Assembly (NCBI GenBank): GCA_022560735.1
Contig: JADFSO010000001.1
Span: forward strand, 144,953-208,952
Direction: 5' to 3'
Length of the DNA: 64,000 nt
From: Pseudomonadota bacterium
GTDB taxonomy: Bacteria > Pseudomonadota > Gammaproteobacteria > Steroidobacterales > MnTg04
The notes beneath the pieces are model-generated. The model saw nothing but the letters and a program-made list of their open reading frames with translations, searched no databases and was not told the DNA's origin. Positions 27,860 to 37,122 of this stretch are shown one piece after another (position 1 is the first letter of the stretch; each line of letters opens with the position of its first letter). The translations under genes were made by a program, and so were the position numbers.

Positions 27860-28765
27860 CTACAAGCGGTTGACTGCAAAACCGCGCCGACGAAGCAGTT
27901 CTATGATCCCATGCTCGCCGAGCAGGTGCAGCGCCCCGACGATGACCATGTGGTCTTGCTTGCCGTGGCGGAGGATCTTCGTCAGTTGGCGGTCCCAGTC
28001 CACGTTCCGCTGGTCGACCAGCTCATCGAACAACTCCGGATATTCGTCGAACGAATCGAGCAATAACAATTCGAGAGCACGTTCATCGCCGGTTTTCCAC
28101 GCCTCCAGGAGTTTTTTGATTTCAGCGGGCAACTGGTCGAGTTCGGCCAGCGTTTTTTCGAGAAACAGCCCCTGGTCGGCATCACTCAAAGAGGCAAAGA
28201 TACTCAGCTGTTGCTGTATGGTTTCCAGGCCTTCCACGGGCTTTTTATCCGCAATCGCCTGGCGGAGGAAGTGCTGCTCCACGCCGATCTCCGGCGAGTA
28301 ACCTGCCTGTGCCAGCGACAACTCCAGCACCATCAGCGCAGCGAACCAGGGGCGCACCGCGTCGAATCGTTCCAGGTCTATGCCCAGGGCCAGCGCACTT
28401 TCCTTCGAACGGCTGAAGGAGGCATCGCCCATCAGGGACCTGAGACTGCTGCCCGCTGGCGCCATCGCCAGGGTACGGATCAACATGGCGCTTTCCACCG
28501 GGTCCAGGTCATCGAGATCGAGTTCCATGATCAGCGCGTCGGATTTTGCGTAAACCTCGCTCAATACGGCGGGCAAAGGGTAATCTTCCTTGCGCAGGAC
28601 ATGAATGGATCCGACCACGTACAGCGTTACCTGGTCTGATTGCACGGCATAAACCAGACCCCGATGTTCCGGGCCGGCCACTGCTGCCAGTGGCGGGAGC
28701 AGGATCAGCAACAGCGCGATGGATTTCAGGAATCGTCCGCTATGGCGGGATAGCGCGGCGCCCAT
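27860..28765 (-). CDS. Secreted TraB/GumN (TIKI/ChaN-like superfamily) protein, putative metallohydrolase
   Basis: A signal peptide (LKSIALLLILLPPLAAVAG) is present. Both GxxH motifs are present (VVGSIHVL, IVGALHLLGEHG), with an acidic residue in LIMELD. The start at ATG 28765 is preceded by GAGAGG. Confidence 0.7.
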   Translation of the reverse strand: MGAALSRHSGRFLKSIALLLILLPPLAAVAGPEHRGLVYAVQSDQVTLYVVGSIHVLRKEDYPLPAVLSEVYAKSDALIMELDLDDLDPVESAMLIRTLAMAPAGSSLRSLMGDASFSRSKESALALGIDLERFDAVRPWFAALMVLELSLAQAGYSPEIGVEQHFLRQAIADKKPVEGLETIQQQLSIFASLSDADQGLFLEKTLAELDQLPAEIKKLLEAWKTGDERALELLLLDSFDEYPELFDELVDQRNVDWDRQLTKILRHGKQDHMVIVGALHLLGEHGIIELLRRRGFAVNRL

Positions 28766-28766
28766 A

Positions 28767-29333
28767 TCAGTTGCCTCTCGCTGGCCTGTCGTGCCTGGCC
28801 AGGTAAATGATTCTCGCCGATGCTTCGAGTGCGCATGTCCACTTGTATGCGAGGTCGAGGTTCTCGCCGTGCGCGTATACGCCGTGGCCTTTGACAATCG
28901 CAACTTTTGCCTGGCTCAGCGCCTCGGCGACGGCGCTCGGCGATTCGGCCAGGTAGTCGCCGTATTCGATCTCCAGCAACGGCACGCGATCGAAATAGAA
29001 GGCGCCTTCGAAATCCATCGGCGCCAATTCCTCTCCAGCCAGCGTCAATGCGATGCAATGCGGGCCGTGGCTGTGCAAAATCGCATGCGTCGCCGGCGAG
29101 CGACGGTAAACCGATAAGTGCAACGGGGCATCCAGCGAGGCGCCGGCCGGCGGATCGTCATCCAGGACGCAGCGAACCAGGTCTTTGGCAACCAGCGTAT
29201 CGGCGCAACAGCCGCCGGGTGTTACCCAGATTGCTTCCTGGTCCCTTATCGAAGCATTGCCCGAGTGAGAATCGTTCAGCCCGTACTGCCGCAGCCAGCG
29301 GTAATACCGTACCAGTTCGTCTTTCGCGCTCAT
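28767..29333 (-). CDS. Class II aldolase/adducin domain protein
   Basis: SHSGNASIR is at the N-terminus, with metal-binding His residues in ILHSHGPH and VKGHGVYAHG. Length is 188 aa. Confidence 0.75.
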   Translation of the reverse strand: MSAKDELVRYYRWLRQYGLNDSHSGNASIRDQEAIWVTPGGCCADTLVAKDLVRCVLDDDPPAGASLDAPLHLSVYRRSPATHAILHSHGPHCIALTLAGEELAPMDFEGAFYFDRVPLLEIEYGDYLAESPSAVAEALSQAKVAIVKGHGVYAHGENLDLAYKWTCALEASARIIYLARHDRPARGN

Positions 29334-29380
29334 CGACGCATTCTATGGGAAGCGATGCTTGCGCGGGAAGTTTGCCGGGA

Positions 29381-30202
29381 TTAACGGGCAGCCGCTTTCG
29401 CGGCAGGGGCGCTCATCCATTCGACACCGCTTTCGATGGAGCCGTCGGCAGCCAGTTTCAGCCAGCGAAACCCGGGCGGCAACTCATCCAGTGAAAAATC
29501 ATCGTTATGGGGTTTGAACTGGACACAGGTCGACGGGCTGCTCAGGTAGCGCACGCCGTTGCGGATCTTGTCGTATTCCTGGTGCACGTGGCCCCAGACC
29601 ACGCCGCGCACATTGGAATGACGGTCGATGATCTCGAGAAACCGGTCGGCGTTGCGCAGCCCCACGCTATCGAGCCAACGGCTGCCCATGTCGACGGGGT
29701 GGTGGTGCAGGCACACCAGCACATGTTTGTCGTCCGCCTCGTCCAGCAAATCATCGAGCCGTTCGAGTTCGCTGTCGCGCAGCAGACCGCCGGCGTCGAC
29801 CGCCAGCCAGGTATCGAGGAAAATCATTCTCCAGGTCCCCAGGTCCGCGTGGCCGCAATATTGGAATGGGTCGTGCGACAGGATTTCCCGCATCGTTTCC
29901 GGATCGTCGTGGTTGCCCGGCAGGGTAAATACCCTGGCGTTGTTCCTGGCGGCGAACCGTCCCAGCAGCTTGCGAAAATGCTCGTATCCTTCCCGGGTAC
30001 CGTCATGAACCAGGTCGCCGGTGGCGAGAATCGCAGCGGGCAGCCAGCCAACAACCGCCGTCTGATCCAGGACGTCCTGCAGCGAGCGATAGGTGTCGAC
30101 GCCACGCATGGCGCGACCGATGTTGGCGCTCAGATGCGGGTCGGTCACCTGCAGGAGTCGCAGGGTGTCGCCGTGGCCCGGATTGTCCGTCGCGGTATTC
30201 AT
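29381..30202 (-). CDS. cpdA: 3',5'-cyclic-nucleotide phosphodiesterase (calcineurin-like metallophosphoesterase)
   Basis: The class III PDE motifs are present in order: LLQVTDPHL, ATGDLVHDG, LPGNHDD, CLHHHP, VWGHVH. Confidence 0.8.
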   Translation of the reverse strand: MNTATDNPGHGDTLRLLQVTDPHLSANIGRAMRGVDTYRSLQDVLDQTAVVGWLPAAILATGDLVHDGTREGYEHFRKLLGRFAARNNARVFTLPGNHDDPETMREILSHDPFQYCGHADLGTWRMIFLDTWLAVDAGGLLRDSELERLDDLLDEADDKHVLVCLHHHPVDMGSRWLDSVGLRNADRFLEIIDRHSNVRGVVWGHVHQEYDKIRNGVRYLSSPSTCVQFKPHNDDFSLDELPPGFRWLKLAADGSIESGVEWMSAPAAKAAAR

Positions 30203-30236
30203 TTAGGCGAATGATATCATTAGGATTTTAACCAGG

Positions 30237-30908
30237 ATGAGAACTGTGTCAAAGCGTACGATTAAGCTGGATCAGCCGCTGTACGACTATTTGCTCGAAA
30301 TATCGCTCCGGGAGGCCCCGATTTTAAAGGCTTTGCGCGAGGAAACGGCGGCAGATCCCATGCACAACATGCAAATAGCGCCTGAACAGGGCCAGTTCAT
30401 GGCCTTGCTGGCGAAGCTGATCGATGCGCGGCGGTATATCGAGGTTGGTGTTTTTACCGGTTACAGCAGCCTGGCTGTCGGTCTGGCCTTGCCCGCTGAT
30501 GGCGAGATTATCGCCTGTGATGTCAGCGAGGAGTGGACCAGCATCGCCAAACGATACTGGCGGCAGGCGGGTCTGGAAGAGCGCATACACCTGCACCTGG
30601 CGCCGGCGGACGAAACCTTGCAGACGCTCCTGGACGAAGGCCAGGGGGAGCGGTTCGATTTCGCCTTCATCGATGCCGACAAGGAAGGCTACGCCACCTA
30701 TTACGAATTGTTGCTGCGGCTTATTCGTCCCGGTGGGCTGATCGCGGTCGACAACGTATTGTGGGGCGGTGCGGTAATCGATCCCGACAAGAATGATGCA
30801 GACACCGAGGCGATCCGCAAATTCAATCGCTCGCTGCTGGGGGATGCGCGGGTGGACATCAGCCTGGTTCCGATCGGTGACGGCCTGACGCTGGCGCGCA
30901 AGAAGTGA
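30237..30908 (+). CDS. Class I SAM-dependent O-methyltransferase (caffeoyl-CoA OMT-like, family 3)
   Basis: IEVGVFTGYSSLAVG is the SAM motif I. FDFAFIDADKEGY and LIRPGGLIAVDNVLWGG are typical of the cation-dependent OMT family. Confidence 0.8.
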   Translation: MRTVSKRTIKLDQPLYDYLLEISLREAPILKALREETAADPMHNMQIAPEQGQFMALLAKLIDARRYIEVGVFTGYSSLAVGLALPADGEIIACDVSEEWTSIAKRYWRQAGLEERIHLHLAPADETLQTLLDEGQGERFDFAFIDADKEGYATYYELLLRLIRPGGLIAVDNVLWGGAVIDPDKNDADTEAIRKFNRSLLGDARVDISLVPIGDGLTLARKK

Positions 30909-30918
30909 ACTATAAGGG

Positions 30919-31743
30919 CTAAGGCTCTACCCAGTCGCGATACAAAGCGGGCCGCCGGTCGGCCAGGAACAGTTTTCTTGCGTGCGACGAAGCGACTGCC
31001 GAAAAATCCAGGTCGGCGTACAGGATTTCATCGCTGCCCCGGCCGGCTCGTGCAATAACGACGCCCGCCGGGTTGCAAACGAAAGATTCGCCGGCGAAAT
31101 CCAGCGTCGGTTCTTTGCCGACACGATTGCACAGGGCGGTAAAAAAACCGTTCTGAAAGGCCGCCACTCGCATTTCCGCTTCGAACAATCCAGCGGGCCA
31201 TTCGTCCGCGGCACCGGCCTGCGGCGTCAGGACAAGCTCGGCGCCGGCTACGGCGAGCGCTCTGATGTATTCGGGGTAGTGCCGGTCATAACAAATCGCG
31301 ACGCCGATTCTGCCGATGGCCGTGTCATAGACGGGGGCACCGCGATCACCCGGCGTGTAATAGCTTTTTTCATGGAAGCAGGGGTAGTCGGGCACGTGCA
31401 CCATGCGGGTGCTGCCCAGGATGGCGCCATCGGCGTCGATCACGGGTGAGCTGTCAAAGGTCTTGCCGCCATCCATCTCGAGGAAATTGAGCACGACGAC
31501 GACTTCCAGTTCGCGGGCCAGCGCGGTGAATACATCCGTGGTCGGACCCGGGATGGTCTCGGCCAGCGCATCGAGATCCGGACCTGCAGGTTGCGCCGGG
31601 TGAAACAGGTCGAATGCAAGCTCGGAAAAACAAACCAGCGCCGCGCCGTTTTCCACCGCTGCGCGAGTCGCGGCAACGCCTTTGGCGATATTTTCCACCC
31701 GGGTGCCCGATGCGGGTTGCTGGACCAGGGCGATTTTCGTCAT
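30919..31743 (-). CDS. Carbon-nitrogen hydrolase family protein (nitrilase superfamily amidase)
   Basis: The Glu-Lys-Cys triad context is present: VCFSELAF, and GVAICYDRHYPE with the catalytic Cys. Length is 274 aa. Confidence 0.8.
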   Translation of the reverse strand: MTKIALVQQPASGTRVENIAKGVAATRAAVENGAALVCFSELAFDLFHPAQPAGPDLDALAETIPGPTTDVFTALARELEVVVVLNFLEMDGGKTFDSSPVIDADGAILGSTRMVHVPDYPCFHEKSYYTPGDRGAPVYDTAIGRIGVAICYDRHYPEYIRALAVAGAELVLTPQAGAADEWPAGLFEAEMRVAAFQNGFFTALCNRVGKEPTLDFAGESFVCNPAGVVIARAGRGSDEILYADLDFSAVASSHARKLFLADRRPALYRDWVEP

Positions 31744-31981
31744 GCGCGGATTCCTGGCTCGCCGCCATCGTCGGCAGGCAGCGGGCGGTTTGCGGAAACT
31801 TGGGTATCAGTCTACATTAAAAGATCCACAGCCGGTCCGGACATTGACCGCGGATCGGTGCCGGGTTGGAGGTTATTTTCCGGACGGGGATGGCTGCAGG
31901 GCCGACCCGGAACGGCCCGGCCGATGCTGCCGGGGCCCAGACGATGGAGGTTTTCTTTGCGGCCAGACATTCAGATTCATC

Positions 31982-32338
31982 ATGCATGAGCAGCCGGGCG
32001 CCGATGGATGCGGGGAGGGTGAGGCCCGGGCAGACGGGCAACCGGCTTCGCCTCCGCCGGGCAACCCGAGGTGGTCGGTTTATGTCGTTCGCTGCGCCGA
32101 TGGGACGCTTTATACCGGTGTTGCAAAGGACGTCGATGGCCGGCTGGCTCGCCATAATGACGGTGTGGGCGCCAAATACACGCGCTCGAGACTGCCGGTC
32201 AGGCTTGTTTTCCGGGAAGAAGTCGGTGATCAGGGCGCCGCATTGAGGCGAGAGATAAAAATCAAAGCCATGCCCGCACGCGAGAAACGCGAACTCATAG
32301 ACGCGGCCAGGAAGCCATTGAACCCGGCGCCCCGGTAA
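31982..32338 (+). CDS. GIY-YIG domain protein (UPF0213-type)
   Basis: WSVYVVRCADGTLYTGVAKDVDGRLARHN...YTRSR contains the GIY-YIG core. The start was trimmed to ATG 31982. The N-terminal roughly 25 aa are low-complexity. Confidence 0.7.
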   Translation: MHEQPGADGCGEGEARADGQPASPPPGNPRWSVYVVRCADGTLYTGVAKDVDGRLARHNDGVGAKYTRSRLPVRLVFREEVGDQGAALRREIKIKAMPAREKRELIDAARKPLNPAPR

Positions 32339-32407
32339 GCAAAAGGAAGCGGAGCAATGGTTGTCGATAACGGCGGGAGCAGTATGGATGAGCGAGGGCT
32401 AACCTGA

Positions 32408-32890
32408 ATGTCCGGCTCGGGCTTGCAAAAATTCAGCGCGGCGCTGCTGGACCTGGGACTGGAATGCCGGGTAATCACGCTGCCAGATACCACTCGCTCT
32501 GCCCGGGATGCGGCATCGGCGATAGGCTGCGAGCAGAGCCGGATCGTCAAGTCGATCATTTTCAAGACGCTGAGCAGCAACACGCCGGTACTGGCGCTGG
32601 TCAGCGGCAGCAATACGGTATGCATGGAAAAACTCGGCCAAATTCACGGTGAGGCGCTGGGCAAGGCGGACGCGGATTTTGTCAGGAATGCCACCGGATA
32701 TGCGATTGGCGGCGTGCCCCCGCTGGGGCATGGCCGGATGATCGATACCTACCTCGACGACGATCTGTTTGCGCATGCCACCGTCTGGGCGGCGGCCGGC
32801 GATGCGCACAGCGTTTTTGAGATAGAAACCGGCAAATTACTGGCCGCGACCCTGGGTACGCAGGCCGCTATCAAAAATTTGTCGCAATAG
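32408..32890 (+). CDS. YbaK/EbsC-type aminoacyl-tRNA trans-editing domain protein
   Basis: It has IVKSIIFK, the conserved Lys context, and GYAIGGVPPLGH, typical of YbaK/ProX deacylases. Length is 160 aa. Confidence 0.75.
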   Translation: MSGSGLQKFSAALLDLGLECRVITLPDTTRSARDAASAIGCEQSRIVKSIIFKTLSSNTPVLALVSGSNTVCMEKLGQIHGEALGKADADFVRNATGYAIGGVPPLGHGRMIDTYLDDDLFAHATVWAAAGDAHSVFEIETGKLLAATLGTQAAIKNLSQ

Positions 32891-33068
32891 CGTCGATTCG
32901 TGGTGTACAATCGCCGCCACCTCAGGAACGTAGCTCAGCTGGCATCGCCGATGCCTGATCGCTGAGGAATCCCCAGCCAGGCAAGCGTGAAAGGTTTTAG
33001 GCCAATTCTTTACCGGGTTGGCAGTTTGTAACTCCGATTTATCGGAAATTTAAAAGTAAGAGAGAGTT
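32891..33068 (+). promoter_or_regulatory. Promoter region and long structured 5' leader of the cold-shock gene
   Basis: A possible -10 TACAAT lies at 32906-32911. If that is correct, the leader is about 150 nt long. The leader contains CCTCAG (32920-32925) and CTCAG (32934-32938), both complementary to CTGAGG (32962-32967), and an inner GGCAT/ATGCC hairpin. An AT-rich Shine-Dalgarno region follows. Confidence 0.4.
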
Positions 33069-33281
33069 ATGTCTGAACAAGTAGAAGGTACCGTCAAGTG
33101 GTTCAATGATGAAAAGGGTTTTGGATTTATTGAACAGGAAAGCGGTAAAGACGTTTTTGTTCACTACAGCGCCATCGCTGGTAGTGGTCGCAAATCATTA
33201 CACGAAGGCCAGAAAGTCACGATGGAAGTGACCATGGGCGCAAAAGGGCCCCAGGCCGAAAACGTAATGCCCGCCGAATAA
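33069..33281 (+). CDS. Cold-shock protein, CspA family
   Basis: [16 protein letters not shown] (RNP1) and VFVHYSAI (RNP2) are present. Length is 70 aa. Codon usage is visibly more AT-rich than in neighbouring genes. Confidence 0.95.
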   Translation: MSEQVEGTVKWFNDEKGFGFIEQESGKDVFVHYSAIAGSGRKSLHEGQKVTMEVTMGAKGPQAENVMPAE

Positions 33282-33295
33282 GGCCAAGCTTGCGT

Positions 33296-33334
33296 GGCCG
33301 GATCCTGATATCCAAAAAATAAAAGGATCCGGCC
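33296..33334. terminator. Perfect 10-bp inverted repeat downstream of csp (GGCCGGATCC ... GGATCCGGCC)
   Basis: The repeat starts 15 nt after the csp stop. The 19-nt loop is A-rich, and a second small hairpin TGCTGC-tcctg-GCAGCA follows. There is no canonical U-tract. Confidence 0.4.
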
Positions 33335-33497
33335 TGCTGCTCCTGGCAGCAAAACATCCCGATATACTCCCGGCCTGACTGGCCGGCGGCAGGCGTGTGC
33401 CCGGTGCGTTGTACCACGCAACGCCCGTGGTCTAAAGTTCGTCCAGCTGACGTCCCGGTGCGCCGCCAAAAATAATCAGCGCCGGCATTCGATCCGC

Positions 33498-34916
33498 TTA
33501 GTAACGATAGTGTGCGGGCTTGTATGGGCCGTCGACGGTTACGCCTATATATTCAGCCTGTTCCGGCGTCAGTTTCGTGAGCGTGGCGCCGATCCTGTCG
33601 AGGTGCAGGCGGGCAACTTCTTCGTCCAGGTGTTTTGGCAGGACGTAGACCTCATTGCCATACTGCTCAGGCTTGTTCCAGAGTTCCATCTGCGCCAGCA
33701 CCTGGTTGCAAAAGGAATTGGACATCACGAAACTCGGATGGCCGGTCGCGCAGCCAAGATTCACCAGGCGGCCTTCCGCAAGCAGAATGATGCGCTTGCC
33801 ATCCGGGAAAATTACGTGGTCGACCTGCGGCTTGATGTTGTCCCACTCGTATTGCTTTAGTGCGGCAACGTCAATTTCATTGTCGAAATGCCCGATATTG
33901 CAAACGATGGCCTGGTGCTTCATTTTTTTCATGTGCGCATGGCTGATCACCAGGTAATTTCCGGTTGCGGAGACGAAAATATCGGCCTTGTCGCAGGCGT
34001 AATCCATCGTGACGACGCGGAACCCCTCCATCCCGGCCTGCAAGGCGCAAATCGGGTCGATCTCGGTAACCCAGACGATTGCGCCGAGGCCTTTCAGCGA
34101 CTGCGCACAACCCTTGCCGACATCGCCATAGCCCGCAACCACTGCGATCTTGCCGGCTATCATGACATCGGTTGCGCGCTTGATGCCATCGACCAGCGAC
34201 TCGCGGCAACCGTACAGGTTGTCAAACTTCGACTTGGTGACCGAATCGTTGACGTTGATGGCCGGGAACGGCAGCTCGCCGGCTTTTTGCAGCTGGTACA
34301 GGCGGTTGACCCCGGTGGTCGTTTCTTCGGTGACGCCCTTGAGGTTCTTCAGGATGTTCGAATACCAGCCCGGATGCTTCTCCAGGCGCTTGCGGATCGC
34401 TGCGAACAGAAATTGCTCTTCTTCACTGCCGGGTTTGTCGAGCACCGATCGATCCTGCTCTGCCTTGCTGCCGAGCATCACCAGCATGGTTGCGTCGCCG
34501 CCGTCATCGAGAATCATGTTCGGGGTACCGCCGTCGTGCCATTCCATGATCTTGTGAGTGAAGTTCCAGTACGCCTCCAGCGACTCGTCCTTGAAGGCGT
34601 ATACCGGGACCCCGGTGGCGGCGATCGCCGCGGCGGCATGATCCTGGGTCGAATAAATATTGCACGAAGCCCAGCGGACTTCCGCGCCGAGCGCCGTCAA
34701 TGTTTCAATCAGCATCGCCGTCTGGATCGTCATGTGCAGTGAGCCGGCGATCCTGGCGCCTTGCAACGGCTTTTCGCCGGCATATTTTTGCCGCAGCGCC
34801 ATCAATCCTGGCATTTCCGTCTCGGCTATCGCCATTTCCTTGCGCCCCCATTCGGCAAGGCTCATATCGGCAACCTCGTAGTCGGCCGGCAAGGCTGTGG
34901 CAGTTTCAATGGTCAT
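33498..34916 (-). CDS. ahcY: Adenosylhomocysteinase
   Basis: [27 protein letters not shown] is at the N-terminus, with the NAD site [13 protein letters not shown] and the C-terminal PYKPAHYRY. Length is 472 aa. Confidence 0.95.
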   Translation of the reverse strand: MTIETATALPADYEVADMSLAEWGRKEMAIAETEMPGLMALRQKYAGEKPLQGARIAGSLHMTIQTAMLIETLTALGAEVRWASCNIYSTQDHAAAAIAATGVPVYAFKDESLEAYWNFTHKIMEWHDGGTPNMILDDGGDATMLVMLGSKAEQDRSVLDKPGSEEEQFLFAAIRKRLEKHPGWYSNILKNLKGVTEETTTGVNRLYQLQKAGELPFPAINVNDSVTKSKFDNLYGCRESLVDGIKRATDVMIAGKIAVVAGYGDVGKGCAQSLKGLGAIVWVTEIDPICALQAGMEGFRVVTMDYACDKADIFVSATGNYLVISHAHMKKMKHQAIVCNIGHFDNEIDVAALKQYEWDNIKPQVDHVIFPDGKRIILLAEGRLVNLGCATGHPSFVMSNSFCNQVLAQMELWNKPEQYGNEVYVLPKHLDEEVARLHLDRIGATLTKLTPEQAEYIGVTVDGPYKPAHYRY

Positions 34917-34952
34917 AGTCTTTTTCTCACGTTCTTGTGGTCGATAAACCGC

Positions 34953-36113
34953 TCAGGCCGCGGCTTCCATTTTCAGTAATTCGGCTTTGTCCGTCCGTTC
35001 CCAGGAAAAATCGGCTTCCTCTCGACCGAAATGGCCGTACGCGGCGGTTGCTTTGTAGATCGGCCGCAACAGGTCGAGCATTTCCATGATGCCAAAAGGC
35101 GTCAGGTCGAAATGCCGGCGCACCAGCTGAATCAGCCGCTCCTCCGAGACCTTGCCGGTGCCAAAGGAATCGATGCTGATCGAGGTGGGCTCCGCAACGC
35201 CGATGGCGTAGGAAATCTGGATCTCGCAGCGATCGGCCAGCCCGGCGGCGACGATATTTTTCGCCACATAACGGCCGGCATAAGCAGCCGAACGGTCGAC
35301 CTTCGATGGATCCTTGCCGGAGAATGCGCCGCCCCCGTGTCGGGCCATGCCGCCATAAGTATCGACGATAATTTTTCGTCCGGTCAGGCCGCAGTCACCG
35401 ACCGGGCCGCCGATCACAAAACGGCCGGTCGGATTAACGTGAATCCGGGTGTTCTTGTGCAGCCAGCCATCCGGCAGCGTCGGGCGAATGATTTCCTCGA
35501 TAACCGCTTCCGTCAGGTCCGCATGCGATATGTCCGGGTCGTGCTGGGTTGACAGGACGATGGCGTCGACGGCGACCGGTACGTTGTCTTCGTAGCGTAT
35601 GGATACCTGGCTTTTTGCATCCGGCCTGAGCCATGGCAAAGTCCCGTTCTTGCGCAGTTCGGCCTGCCGCTGGACCAGCCGGTGAGCATAGGTAATCGGC
35701 GCCGGCATCAGTACTTCGGTTTCATTGCTGGCATAACCAAACATCATGCCCTGGTCGCCCGCACCTTGTTCGGCTGGCTGCGCACGGTCCACGCCCTGGT
35801 TGATATCCGATGACTGCTTGCCGATCGCATTGATCACCGCGCAGGTGGCCCCATCGAAACCCACCTCGGAATTATCGTAACCAATGTCCAGAATCACCTG
35901 GCGGGTGATCTCTTCCAGGTCGACCCAGGCATCCGTGCTGACCTCGCCGGCGATAATCGCCATGCCGGTTTTGACCATGGTTTCGCAGGCGACCCTGGCG
36001 CTTGGATCTTGCGCAATAATCGCGTCCAGGACGGCGTCCGAAATCTGATCCGCTACCTTGTCCGGATGACCCTCGGAAACCGATTCCGAAGTAAATAAAA
36101 AGTCCTTCAGCAT
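34953..36113 (-). CDS. metK: S-adenosylmethionine synthetase
   Basis: [38 protein letters not shown] and [19 protein letters not shown] are present. It lies 36 nt upstream of ahcY. Confidence 0.95.
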   Translation of the reverse strand: MLKDFLFTSESVSEGHPDKVADQISDAVLDAIIAQDPSARVACETMVKTGMAIIAGEVSTDAWVDLEEITRQVILDIGYDNSEVGFDGATCAVINAIGKQSSDINQGVDRAQPAEQGAGDQGMMFGYASNETEVLMPAPITYAHRLVQRQAELRKNGTLPWLRPDAKSQVSIRYEDNVPVAVDAIVLSTQHDPDISHADLTEAVIEEIIRPTLPDGWLHKNTRIHVNPTGRFVIGGPVGDCGLTGRKIIVDTYGGMARHGGGAFSGKDPSKVDRSAAYAGRYVAKNIVAAGLADRCEIQISYAIGVAEPTSISIDSFGTGKVSEERLIQLVRRHFDLTPFGIMEMLDLLRPIYKATAAYGHFGREEADFSWERTDKAELLKMEAAA

Positions 36114-36278
36114 GTTACTGAAACCTCTGGTTCCTCAGGCGTGGAAACGGCTGCTGGCGCTGCAAGCGGGCAAGTATACCGGGCGGGCAGGCTGGTTTCA
36201 CGCGGCTGCAGGATTATGTCGTTTGTTGGCGGCCCGCCTGCTAGTATTTTGCAAGATATCCCTTTCTTCGAGTGGCCG

Positions 36279-36833
36279 ATGATTGCCCTGGAAACGCCTG
36301 TTTGTGATTTTGCCTGGCCGGCGCCCGATTTCGCGCTGCCAGACCCATCCGGCAAGCTCTGGACGCTGGAAGATTGCCGTGGCTCGCGTGCCACGCTGGT
36401 CATGTTCCTCAGCAATCATTGCCCGTTCGTCAAGGCATCGTTGCAAAGGATCATCGGCGACTTGCGGGCCCTGGCGCCCGAAGGCGTCGCAGCGGTTGGC
36501 ATCATGAGCAACGATATCAGCCGCTACCCGGAGGATGGCCCGGAAGAGATGCAGCGCCTGGCAAGCGAGCTGGCTTTTCCTTTTCCATACCTGCTTGACG
36601 AAAGCCAGCAGACGGCGAGTGACTACGGGGCGGTCTGTACGCCGGATTTTTTTGGTTTCAACCAGGATCTGGAACTGCAGTACCGTGGCCGTCTCGATGC
36701 CGGTCGAACCGAGGAGCCACCGGCCGGCAGCACGCGCGAATTACTCGATGCCATGCTGCAGATTGTGCGTACCGGTCACGGGCCGCAGGAGCAAACCCCT
36801 GCTGTGGGATGTTCCATCAAATGGAAGACCTGA
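36279..36833 (+). CDS. Thioredoxin-fold (AhpC/TSA-like redoxin) protein
   Basis: APDFALPDPSGKLWTL...LVMFLSNHCPFVK is typical of this redoxin subfamily. The start is ambiguous between ATG 36279 and ATG 36216. Confidence 0.7.
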   Translation: MIALETPVCDFAWPAPDFALPDPSGKLWTLEDCRGSRATLVMFLSNHCPFVKASLQRIIGDLRALAPEGVAAVGIMSNDISRYPEDGPEEMQRLASELAFPFPYLLDESQQTASDYGAVCTPDFFGFNQDLELQYRGRLDAGRTEEPPAGSTRELLDAMLQIVRTGHGPQEQTPAVGCSIKWKT

Positions 36834-37122
36834 TCGCACCTGCTTTTGCGCAACATTTACTTGCTTGGTCAGCCACCAGGCGTCAGGGCTAAAGACGACG
36901 CCGGGCCGCTGCGGGGATTTTCCCGAAATGGCGGCGGCGCCGGGGCGGGGAACCGGCAGCGGCAAAATCTTCAAAAAATAGCTCAGGCAAAGCGCAGCAA
37001 GTGACTCGGCCCGCTCGGCAGGACCTGGACTGAGTGTATTTGCGGGCCCAGGCATGCAGCAGTTGCCCGGCGGCGGCTCATCGGCGAAAATGCGCCGCTT
37101 TCCAACTCGGGATTCAGCAAAA

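Noticed and set aside
31982-32338. The GIY-YIG gene as a homing endonuclease or mobile-element marker.
   Set aside because: It is a short UPF0213-type GIY-YIG protein with no DNA-binding extension. There is no intron or intein context, no flanking repeats and no integrase. Such stand-alone genes are common chromosomal residents.
32927-32978. A possible tRNA gene or tRNA remnant, based on GTAGCTCAGCTGG and a GGAATCC loop.
   Set aside because: There is no complementary D-stem 3' strand (GAGC). The candidate anticodon hairpin has a 5-nt loop. No acceptor stem can be formed and the T-loop is non-canonical. The segment is better explained as part of the structured csp leader.
34917-36278. A SAM or SAH riboswitch controlling metK and/or ahcY.
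   Set aside because: The metK-ahcY spacer is only 36 nt, too short for an SAH element. In the roughly 165-nt region upstream of metK I could not recognise any SAM-I, SAM-II, SAM-V or SAH consensus by eye. An Infernal/Rfam scan would be needed to decide.
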